NCBI GenBank assembly: GCA_038496445.1
Contig: JALMLS010000564.1
Span: 248,001-312,000, forward strand
Direction: 5' to 3'
Length of the DNA: 64,000 nt
From: Trichosphaerium sp. ATCC 40318
Taxonomy: Eukaryota; Protista; Tubulinea
Positions 39,145 through 49,761 of this stretch are shown here, piece by piece (position 1 is the first letter of the stretch; the number at the start of each line of letters is the position of its first letter). The translations under genes were made by a program, and so were the position numbers. The notes beneath the pieces are model-generated. The model saw only the letters and a list, made by a program, of their open reading frames with translations. It was not told the origin of the DNA and ran no database searches.

Positions 39145-42100
39145 ATGAGGGCTGTACTTTCTTTTTTCGTTGTGCTGAGCGTAGCATACGCGGTACGTTT
39201 TGGGAATGGAGTAATTCAGCCATATTTTGGTCTCTAATGTCTTGTAAGGCTTCCACTTGTGGTCGTAAAACGTTGAAGGACCTTTCTCCAGTTTCTTCAT
39301 TTTCTGGTACGTAAAACTGATCCTAACAACATCTAATCGCTTATTATCCAATTTAGGCACCGTGACGAACGCCACAGACTTCTCCCAAGTCTATTTATTA
39401 GACTTTCCTTCTGTATTTCCTTGGGAAGCTTCAAGGCGTTTGCTGGTTTGTGAGGTCTCTGAGGATGTCAAAGTATCCACATGGAAAGCTTGTGAAGTAG
39501 ATTTTAGTATTTGTGATTCTGTTTTCACTGTACGTATCTCTATCACTTTCTTGTTGGAAGTTGACGTATCAAGGGTACAATACTAGACGGTGGAAAGCAT
39601 ACAATCGTTTTCAGTCAAGATGCCGTTTTAGGACAAACAGCTGTTTTCTTCTCCTTTGTTTCTGAATCATCAACGTTCAATTGCAGTGTAGCATGTACGT
39701 CGTAATATTGCTTTAAGATAGATTGTCATCTGATTTACAAAATAGCTGAAGCACCAGCACTTGCTCTTGGTTCTGGAACGATAGAGAACCTCCAACTGGA
39801 AGGAAGAGTAGCTGATATTGCAGGATGGGGTGAAATAAGCACCACACAGCGTTCGGTATGTTAAATAACGGAAATTTACTAAAGAGTATTCTTAGATAGA
39901 AAATTTCGTGCCAGCTACAGGTATGTGTTCTAATGCACCAATTGTCGATGATTTCACTTCAACGAGTGCTATTATTACACCATGTTCCGCAGGTAGATAT
40001 ATGACCATGTTTTTCCCTGGAGCGTATTCATACAATGAAACAAGTACATACACTTTTTCTAATTTTGTTTTGTATTTGTTGTTTCTGTTTATGTATCTCG
40101 TTTAACAGTATTTTTATAGATCCAACAGTTGTTGCTTTGTCAAGTGTATGGAATTCAACAGCACGTGAACTTGATCTTACCTCATACTTAAACGTAAGCA
40201 GTACTTTATTAGTTAGTCTTTTTTTTTTGGCTTAAAGGTATTTTTTTTAAAGCAATGGGTCGCTATTGATCTCGGAAGTGAGGAGTTCCCTGTTGGCCCA
40301 GAACAATTACAAGGCGTGGTAGAGGCTTCTCTGGTAGATACTACATCATGTGAACCAAATGGAAAGAGGTATCTTGTTGTAAGAAACAGTAACGCGCCTC
40401 CACAAGGTACACTCAATTTGTTTTTGAAAGAACAATTCTTACACACTTTTGTAGGTGTCTATCAATTTGGAAATTATGATTTTTCTGGTGGCAATGTTCT
40501 TAGTGTTCAACCAGCTTCGCAAATCAACATAGTGTACTTACAGGTCAACAAATCATCGCTACCAGAAGCAAGAGGATACCACGTTAGGTTTAACACAACA
40601 CAAGGAACCATAAATTCTATTACAACTCACCGGTCAGATGGAACTACATCAGTACTAGCTTGTAATTTCAACAAAGTCTGTGAACTTGACATTGGTGACT
40701 GCCTCTTTGACACCACGGTACTTTACGAACAATGAATATTTTCTTGGCAACAAAACCAGCCAACTTTTCTTCCTTTATGGTCTTTCTTGAACTCCTTCTC
40801 ATTGATATTTTTCATTAGCCTATTGTAATATTCACTGTTGCCATGCAACAAAGTGATTTTCCAGTTAGCGTTGAGATCACTGCATACCCAGATGTTGCAC
40901 TAGTTCCAGTGACATCAGGTGTACCAATTAATTTTGGTCAACCTCAAGTTGGATTTATACGTACATGGACTCACCTACAAATTGATGTACAAGATGCTGC
41001 TTTTGTGGATTTCTCAGTTACTTCATCTTCTGTAGATATAAGTGCCTCTAGTATGACTTTTTGTTTGTTTTGTTGTTTGTTTGTACGTGCTAACAATTTC
41101 TATTTTTAAAGACTTTCCACCTCTTGAACAGATGGCCGACAACAAATGTCGATGTCGAAGAATATCATTTGCACCTTTGTTGTACAATCCACTACCAGAA
41201 TGTACACTGTCTTCTTTTAGCTCCAATCAAGTATATGTTCCATCTGGCAACGACAATCTTTTCGTGACACTCTCGAATAGCAACAGTGTATGCACAGGAG
41301 ATGGTTGTAACTTCACTGCAAGAGGTACAAGAGCGAACATCATCACAGAACTACCTTTCTAATAACACAATTGTTTAGTTGTTTTAAAGAGCGATGTGAC
41401 ATATTTTGAAACTAGCGGTACTTTCACAGCTCAACCTGATACCTGGTACGTTATAGTATGCTCTATTGGAAGTAATAAAATTGTACACGCAGGTATGGTA
41501 TCCCAGACTCAATGGCAAGAGATTTTATACTTACAAGTGACGAAGAACCAGCAGAAAGCATGTAAGTTGCTTTAGTACTGTTTTTTTGAACAACTTAAAG
41601 CTTGGATTTCTTTTCTAACTTAAGCATAGCTTTCTTGATCTCAGCGAGTTGCTTTACTCTTCTCGTTCTTTTTACCCGTGTCTCGAAATGGCCGTATTGA
41701 TCCGTACAGGCGTAAACGCTACAAATATCAGAGTTCGTCGCTTCTCAGAACGTACGAACTGTCATCTTGGAAAAAAAAAACCAACCATCTACCTATTGTT
41801 GTTTTTCTGACTTTTTTCTTTGTTTAGTTCCAGACATTGCAATTGGTAAACGTGATTTTATGAAGTACAGTGTAGACCAAAACACCAAATTTCTTAAGAT
41901 CGTACGCCACCCTACAACAAAACCCTAAAAAACAAGATTAGTGCTTACCTGATCTTCTGTTTTTTTCTTCTTTTGACGTTTTCTTTTCTAGGACTATACC
42001 GGTGACTTTCAATATACATTAAGCTATTTCGGTACCTCACTAGCAGAGTGCCACGAATTTGCAAGCCAATTTATTGGAGTAAGAAATACAGAGTTTGTAC

Positions 42101-43329
42101 CAGTTTGTCAAAGAGCATCTCATATTGCTTTCTACAATTCTCCATTTTCTACTGGCGAGATCTTGAATGTTACAGAACTAAGTAAGTTACAACCTCTTTT
42201 TTCAATGGATACTTCGGATTTTGTATACTTGTATTGTATTTCTAACTGAATTGTAAATAGCTGATTCTGACTTTACCGAGATGACTGTTAATAATACCAT
42301 TAACAGCACTGAGAGTATCTATTATAAGTATACGCCTACAGTATTGAGCAGATTTGTATCTTCTGGTATAGGAAGCTTTAGATATATTGATCCTGCTTGT
42401 AGAGTTCTTTTTTTTGCACAAACCACTAGTAGTGCAAAACCGTAAGTTCCTGGAAAATTTGTCTTGAGTGCTTATTTTTTTTTCTGCTTTTTTTCTTGTT
42501 TTCTAATTTTATCTAGGTTACTCCCTGGCGAAACCTACTATTTTGTTATGGTTGAATCAGCATCGCAAATTGGCACCTTTGATTTCTTACCATATGAATC
42601 TACTGAGTGTGAACAACAATTTGTACGAAGAATCAAACTCTTTTTTTTTTCTAATCGCTATTTAGCTTGGAATTTCTGCTTGTCCTTTACTTCCTTTTGG
42701 GCAAGTTGGTGTATCTGCAACAAATCAAGCAGTTTCATTCCCAAATAGTTGTGATAGTTCATTCTCATTAACCAGTGACTGCACTGAATTAATGAAGGTA
42801 AGTGTTCCTAAAGTGAAAATCTAAAAAACAAAAACTGACATTCATACGTAGGAATTAACATGCACACCAAGTGGTGAGTTTGTTCCTACAATATCAGAGC
42901 GTATGTGTAGATCAACATGTGAAAGCATAAAAACGAAATGTGGTACCACATTCCCTGTGGTATGTGATAACAGAGTTCTACTTAACTGCCGTACATTGCA
43001 AGGTACATATTACATATTTTTTTCCTAAACGAAGATGTCTTAGTTTTTCTCTTTGTAACTATTGTTCTAACTCTTTACAAGATAGCTCAATAGGACCGGC
43101 TGCTCCTTTTGCACCAACAACAAGCGTGCCTACTATGCCTACAGCACCTGTAGCACCAACAACAAGTGCACCTACAGTACCTGTGCCACCAACAACAAGT
43201 GTCCCTACAGCACCAGCAATAAGCGCACCAACCATACCTACTATGCCAGTAGCACCGACAAGTGGTGCAATGAAAGTTGCAATTAATTTTGTAGCTACAA
43301 TATTATTACTATCGGCTCTACTGATGTAA
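39145..43329 (+). CDS. Large predicted GPI-anchored surface glycoprotein, copy B (tandem paralog of 34338-38618)
   Basis: Same exon-intron structure; signal MRAVLSFFVVLSVAYA; C-terminus ...VAINFVATILLLSALLM*. Confidence 0.8.
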
Positions 43330-43459
43330 CCACTTAAGCCAATAAATAAATTTTAAGATAGAGTTTAAACAGTGTAGATAAACTTCTAGATTGTATACAA
43401 TGTGACAAACAAATCAGGTAGAGTCTTAATACAAAACAACAACACGTGTTTGTTTACAC

Positions 43460-44178
43460 TTAACAAGTGGTTTTTTTTTCTTTATCTCCTCTTAGTTTAG
43501 AGACTAACACCTGATCTTTTGGCTGTATTGTTACCCGTTTTGCATGAAGAGCAGCCAAGTTTGTGTCTTCCAGGTAATGAACCAAAAATGCTTCACTAAT
43601 CACGTGAAGAGCATCGATGGCTAGATACAATAAAAAAAAACAGAAAAGAAAAAAAACAGAAAATAAAAAAAACCGTTTACCATCCTTTTGGAATCGTATC
43701 CCTGCATTAAAATTAATAGCGATATCCCTCACCTGTTTAGATTTAATTAATACAAATGTTGATATTTAATGTGGCGTACTAAACGTGCAAATGGAGCGTT
43801 TTGTATGAGCCGGCATGTTTCTCTTTGGTAGTGGTGTATCTCTGCTCTAGCCCTTTCATTGTTGTTGTACCTGCGATTTTTTTTTTTTTTGAAAGTGTTT
43901 AACTTTCCCAGTGATGCCATCATAATTTCGCCTGATTCCCGTCTTTTGCCTGGGTGGGGTTTTTTTTGTACGTGCTAGGGGCTTTGTGGTTAATAACGTA
44001 CTCTTTCTTTTACTAGCTCTTCTTCTTTGGCTAAGTGGTACGCGACCGCCTGAGCTCTTTCTAAACTCTAGTTAAAACATGTGTAAAACACTTTTGCTTT
44101 AAAACCGTCGTGCCTTGCTGTTTGTTTAGTTGGATATTGCCGGGATTTCCCAGATGATAATTTAGATGTATCCGACAT
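43460..44178 (-). CDS. Divergent histone H3 variant with an extended N-terminal tail
   Basis: Spliced: MSDTSKLSSGKSRQYPTKQTAR|KSSGGRVPLSQRRRASKRKS...RYNNNERARAEIHHYQRETCRLIQNAPFARL|VRDIAINFNAGIRFQKD|AIDALHVISEAFLVHYLEDTNLAALHAKRVTIQPKDQVLVSKLRGDKEKKTTC. Confidence 0.9.
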
Positions 44179-44657
44179 GTGTATCTGTAAATGCTGAGGA
44201 TGATTATGTTTTATTTTTGAAAAGTCAACTAAGTACACATGTGATTTAACCGATTTTTTATCCAAACTACCAGGATTTGTACAACGTATTTTGATGCAAT
44301 GAGCAGTGAAATCATTAAATCGCTGCACAAGTACGTCACGTCGCAATATCCTACAATCAGGTGATAATAAAAGGCTCCTATCGTTTGGCCGCTAGTGCTA
44401 TAGTCCAACCTCATTAGATTGCGTCCAGAAGAAAACGAAATCTACAAATACCTTCCACGACCTTAAGCTTCCGATAAAGATTATAAACCGTGTACACGTG
44501 ATAAAGTTTAATAATAAATAGAATGAGGGAGGAAAATAGAAAGAAAGAACGAATCGAGAAATAAGAGAATTAACAATCTTTTAATTGTTTGTTTTGTTGT
44601 TACATGTGTACAGTAGTGTTCTAATTGTCATAATTTACATTAGCTTTATCATATCGT

Positions 44658-47600
44658 TTAAACAATATTAGGTGAACCTCTGCTTGTCAGAGGTTGTTCT
44701 TCAGGTGATGTTTCATTACCAGGTTGAGCTTCTTCGCTGCTAAGACATTCAGAACAGATTAGTTCATCGTTGACTTTAGATAACTTGCTACGACGCAATT
44801 TCTTTGAACACTTCTTGCACTTTCTTCTTCTTAAACAACCAGCAAATATCCAACAGCAACAAGCAGATGTTACTATTAAAGCGGCAATACCACCGCCAGC
44901 GCCAAGTGTTGGAATTAACCATGGCTTACGCTCGCCTTGAGATCCTTGATTGATAACAGATTCACCGTTTCTATCTCCTAGAAGAGATGGCGTTGTAGGA
45001 GCCGTAGTTGGTCCTTCTGTTGTTCCAGTTGCTGTTTCGATTGTTGGGGCTGTAGTTGGCCTCATTGTAGGTGGAGTAGAAGGAATAAAAGTTGGTGATT
45101 CACTCGTTGGTGTTGCCATTGGAGTCTGTGTTGTAGGATGTATTGTTGTTGGATGAGGTGTCCTTGGAGACCTAGTAGTTGGTGGCATTGTTGTTGGAGG
45201 AGCTATTGTTGGATGAGCCGTTGTTGGTGCTACGGTTGGTGCCTTTGTTGTTGGACTTTCTGTTGTTGGGTGTTGTGTTGTAGGCGCTATGGTGGTTGGT
45301 GACAAACTTGTTGGAGGTTCAGTTGTAGGATGCGCTGTTGTTGGATGAGCTGTCGTTGGAGACATCGTAGTTGGTGGTATTGTTGTTTGGGGAGCTGTTG
45401 TAGGATGGAGAGTAGTTGGCGGCAATGTTGTAGGAGGAAGTGTAGTTGGAGCCTCCGTTGTTGGACTTTCTGTTGTTGGAGCGTCTGTTGTTGGAGATAA
45501 TGTAGTCGGTGGCTGTGTTGTAGGTGGCATTGTGGTTGGTGGTACCGTTGTTGGATGAAGCGTTGTAGGCGCCTCAGTTGTAGGTGCTTCTGTAGAAGGC
45601 GCCTCAGTTGTTGGATTCGCCGTCGTTGGATGTGAAGTTGTTGGTGATATTGTCGTTGGAGGTACAGTAGTTGGCGGTAGTGTTGTAGGAGGAGCTGTAG
45701 TTGGTGGCATTGTCGTAGGAGGTTCAGTAGTTGGAGGTAACGTTGTAGGTGGTAGTGTTGTTGGAGGCAACGTTGTAGGAGGAGCTGTTGTAGGGGGCAA
45801 TGTTGTTGGAGGTTCTGTTGTTGGACTTTCAGTTGTTGGCGCTTCATTTGTTGGAGCGTCTGTTGTTGGAGCCTTTGTTGTTGGAGATAATGTAGTCGGT
45901 GGCTGTGTTGTAGGTGGCATTGTGGTCGGTGGAATAGTTGTAGGCGGCAACGTTGTTGGAGCGTTTGTTGTTGGCGCTTCAGTTGTTGGTGGCCTTGTCG
46001 TTGGAGCTAGCGTAGACGGAGGCTCTGTAGTTGGGGCTGCAGTTGTAGGAGGGAGAGTAGTAGGCGGCAATGTCGTTGGAGGAAGCGTTGTTGGAGGAAG
46101 TGTTGTTGGCGGCAATGTCGTCGGAGGTTCAGTAGTTGGCGGTAGTGTTGTAGGAGGAGCTGTAGTTGGTGGCAACGTCGTTGGAGGTTCAGTAGTTGGC
46201 GGCAATGTTGTAGGAGGAGCTGTAGTTGGAAGCAACGTTGTTGGAGGGAGTGTGGTTGGAGGTAATGTTGTAGGAGGAAGCGTTGTTGGAGGGAGTGTGG
46301 TTGGTGCCAACGTAGTTGGTGGGAGTGTAGTTGGTGGCAACGTTGTAGGAGGAAACGTTGTAGGTGGTAGTGTTGTTGGAGGCAACGTTGTAGGAGGTGC
46401 TGTTGTAGGGGCCAATGTTGTTGGAGGTTCCGTTGTTGGTGGCAATGTCGTTGGTGGCATTGTTGTTGGAGGAAGTGTTGTTGGTGGCAATGTCGTTGGA
46501 GGTTCAGTAGTTGGCGACAATGTTGTAGGAGGAGCTGTAGTTGGAGGCAACATTGTTGGAGGAAGTGTTGTTGGAGGCAATGTCGTTGGAGGAAGCGTTG
46601 TTGGAGGAAGTGTCGTTGGCGGCACTGTAGTAGGTGGTTCAGTTGTTGGCGGCAATGTAGTTGGAGGTAACGTTGTAGGAGGTATTGTCGTTGGAGGCAA
46701 CGTGGTTGGTGATAGCGTCGTAGGTGGTAAGGTAGTTGGGGGAAGTGTGGTAGGAGGACTAGGCACTACACATTCATCGTTGGTCATTGAGAACTCGTCT
46801 TTCTACAGCGTAGTTAGAATATTTGTTATGCAAAACAGTAACGACGTACAATATCGACAGTCATCACTGTATCTTTTTGTCCATCTACAACGTTGAATAC
46901 ACTAACGCCTTCAGCGCCTGTTGCTGCACTTATATCTATAGAGAATGCCCGTGAATTTTGTGGAAAAGGACCTAGCACAACACCGTCCATCCATTTCTAC
47001 AAAGATCTTTAGTTAGAACAAAGCAGTTGTTGTTTAGCGTACTTTAGACCACGCAAAGTTACATTCAAAGGTGTTTGTAGCAGCATCATAAGTATATTTT
47101 TCATTTGGATCGTCTACCATGACGACCTAAGGAGGTATAAGCAAAATATAAAATGGAAAAAAGAAAGAAAAAAGAAAGGTACTTACTTTAACGCCTGGTA
47201 TTGGTGGGTTGACCTGAACCTTTATCTTTACTTTTCCTCCTGTTGTATCAGAAAACCCAGCTGTTTGTGGAGCATCGAGCATTAAAATAAGATGGTAACC
47301 GTCCTGTTGCGACTGTTAGTTTGGAACCAAGAAAAAAAGCGAAGTCAAAGACGTACTGCTGCAAGAAGCCAAAAAGCGCCAACATTATCTTGTATCGCCT
47401 CAAGGTCTTCAAAACCATCTGGAGTATCAGCAATTGGTCCAGAATTTCCTCTTTTATATCCGTAATAGTCTTCTGCTGTTAAGGTTGATGTATATGGTGT
47501 TAATGGTGCAACTTGACCTGTGTAACGTAAGTGATACTATTTTCTGAAAACCATAAAATTCTAGAAGTGCCGTTTGGTTATTTTTTGCAATTACATTAAA

Positions 47601-47734
47601 ACTCGTATCGGAGCCTTACAAACCGTACCATTTGATTTAACTTTTAAGCAGTTCTCTGCTGTGCAAAGTACTACTAGAAGTAATACCACAAAAGTTGTGG
47701 TTGTGTATTTGTTGTATTGTACAGAGTATGTCAT
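44658..47734 (-). CDS. Mucin-like type I membrane protein: globular N-domain, long PTT[L/E/A]P stalk, TM helix, cytoplasmic CxxC...CxxC
   Basis: Signal-like FVVLLLVVLCTA; 5-6 short N-terminal exons; one large exon of P/T pentapeptide repeats; TM GIAALIVTSACCCWIFAGCL; tail KCKKC...ICSEC. Confidence 0.85.
45050..46760 (-). repeat. Coding 15-bp (PTTLP-type) tandem repeat, about 100 or more units
   Basis: Direct repeats gttgttggaggcaac / gttgtaggaggagct on the + strand. Confidence 0.95.
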
Positions 47735-48789
47735 TGTATAAGGGTAATATAGTACGCCCTTGTTGTTGTTAGTTTGTTTGTTATAAGGTGTTGCGAGCAA
47801 CGCCTTGAATTCAGATTATGACCAATTTTGGAATATAAGCATGACCAACTCCGAGCGGGCAAATTATGCCAAGTTTAGGTACAAAGTTTGATTACACAGT
47901 AGTTATTTCATAATACAAAGACAGTTTTGACGATTGATAAACGATTCTATTGTTGCAACACATTGTCTTTTTCTGAATTTCCGAAAATGGTACTCCGCAC
48001 CGATTTGAAGACTTGATTCACTTTAGTAACCTTGTAAGCTGTTTTCAAAGGGTGGGACGCCTATTTGGATGTCAAACATAGATATACAAAGTGTACACGC
48101 GTGACTACACAAAAAGTAATTTGGCGTTTATTCGCTTCTACACAACTTTACAGCGTAGTACATATTAGTCGTACAAGGTTTTCTGCACGAAGTTTAGCGT
48201 ATTTTGTGCGAAATTGAAAATACGTTTCAGTAACTGTAATTTACGTAAACCATTATTGAATCGCCATATCTACGACTCTACGCAAAAAAGAAGCGAAGAA
48301 CAACATATTCTAAACCATGTGTGTGAAGCAGCGTTCGCTCAACTGGGTTTCTAAATCTTATGGTTTGCAACAACAAGGGTAAGTAGGAAGGCTATAGTAG
48401 TAATATAACACTAGGCCGAAAACTGTTTGGGGAAGTATGACGCTATGAAAACGCTTTTCGGGAATTACAATAATTGAACTGACATTTGTATGCCGACCTC
48501 AAATTACTACTTACGAACAGTAATCTACGAGCAACTTTGTCATCAAGTGATAATTGCCGACATACAGCTTAGATTTCCGATAATAAAGTCCCAGATTATT
48601 GTAAATAATAACTCCATATTTTGGGAAAATACGTGAATTTGGCGTCAAAGCTGTTTTTGTGTTATTGGCGGACTATGTATCTAAATGCATTATCACTCGC
48701 ATAGATGGCCACAAAAACCATGATAATAAGGTATTGCAGAGACACTTTGGGAAACGTGATATCACTAGAAAAAGATGCAAAAGAAGAAG

Positions 48790-49607
48790 AAGCTATTTCT
48801 TTGTAATACAAACAATATCAAAGTCGTTTAAGATTATATCGTATCCACTATTTATAAACACTCTAGAATTGCTTAATAAATCCTTCAAAGCAGGCGCTTT
48901 TTTCAGCAAAATCTTCTTTATGTCCTTGGTGCTTGTCTTTCAAAATTGAGTCAAGGCAAACAAGCGTTCATTAGCTAACAAAAAAAGCAAATTAACTGAG
49001 GTTTTGACTGTCTTAATATCTGGAAGTCCAGCTTACAGCTACGCCAAATGGCGGTTAATACCACTTCCTGACACCAAGACAGTCAAGAGGTGCATGAACA
49101 CCGTCTTGGAGTCAAAAAAGAAAAACGAAAATGAGGATACAAGAAATGGTAACTCTAATGTAATCTGATCGACGTCAATGATATCCATCGCCTCTGAGGG
49201 TAGCCTGCATACAATACGCAGTTTCTAAGTAGAATAAATTATTTAAAGACATTTTTACGTTCTTTGGGTGATGACAGAACGCAAAGTGCAAAATAGAAAA
49301 AAAAAGCAGTGTTTGCAGGCGAACACGTGATAATATTATATTTACGTCCGCGTTTTACCTTTTTTCCCTCCGGTGGTTGTAAATATCCATTACGAAGACA
49401 CTTACATCGAAAAACAGGCTTAGAACAACTCTGGCACGCCTTACAATTGAACGACTTGGTTCTTCTATGCTAAAAATAAAATAAACAGGTTTGTATCATT
49501 AATCACCTTTAATTGTTTTTTACCTTATGACGAAACCTCGGAGAAGGTTTAGGCGGTGGCTCCTCCCATATAGTTCGCGTTACTAATTCTGCGTGCATTT
49601 GTTTCAT
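48790..49607 (-). CDS. Small multi-exon hypothetical protein with a Cys cluster
   Basis: MKQMHAELVTRTIWEEPPPKPSPRFRHK|HRRTKSFNCKACQSCSKPVFRCKCLRNG..., further exons (LPSEAMDIIDVDQITLELPFL) with GT-AG introns. 3' end approximate. Confidence 0.4.
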
Positions 49608-49761
49608 ATTATCTGTTGATATAACTGTGTTAAATCGCTTGACTTCACGTGGTGATAGAATTGAGAATTTTTTTATTTAAGTATGTTTGGTGAACAAACA
49701 AGAAAAAAGCCACAGCTCTTTGTTTTTGACTTATATGTGCGTACTTGAAAGTATGTGCTGT

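Larger units (their letters stand above)
34300..44360. repeat. Tandem segmental duplication, units about 34300-39005 and 39107-44360
   Basis: Long near-identical stretches including introns. Each unit is the surface-protein gene plus the H3-variant locus, which is intact only in unit 2. Confidence 0.95.

Noticed and set aside
43460-44178. Call as CENP-A/CenH3
   Set aside because: Loop 1 is not lengthened, F84 and T107 are retained, and the canonical TKQTARKS tail is present. Only Q68A agrees with CenH3. Not excluded, but unsupported.
45922-46896. 324-aa + strand ORF of VVGG repeats (also the Q-rich 45287-45847 frame)
   Set aside because: Antisense or alternate-frame shadow of the PTTLP repeat. 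The minus frame has a signal peptide, a TM helix and spliced exons.
47750-48780. About 1 kb without a credible gene, a possible ncRNA locus
   Set aside because: No tRNA, snRNA or snoRNA motif or convincing stem was recognised by eye. Likely promoter or UTR sequence.
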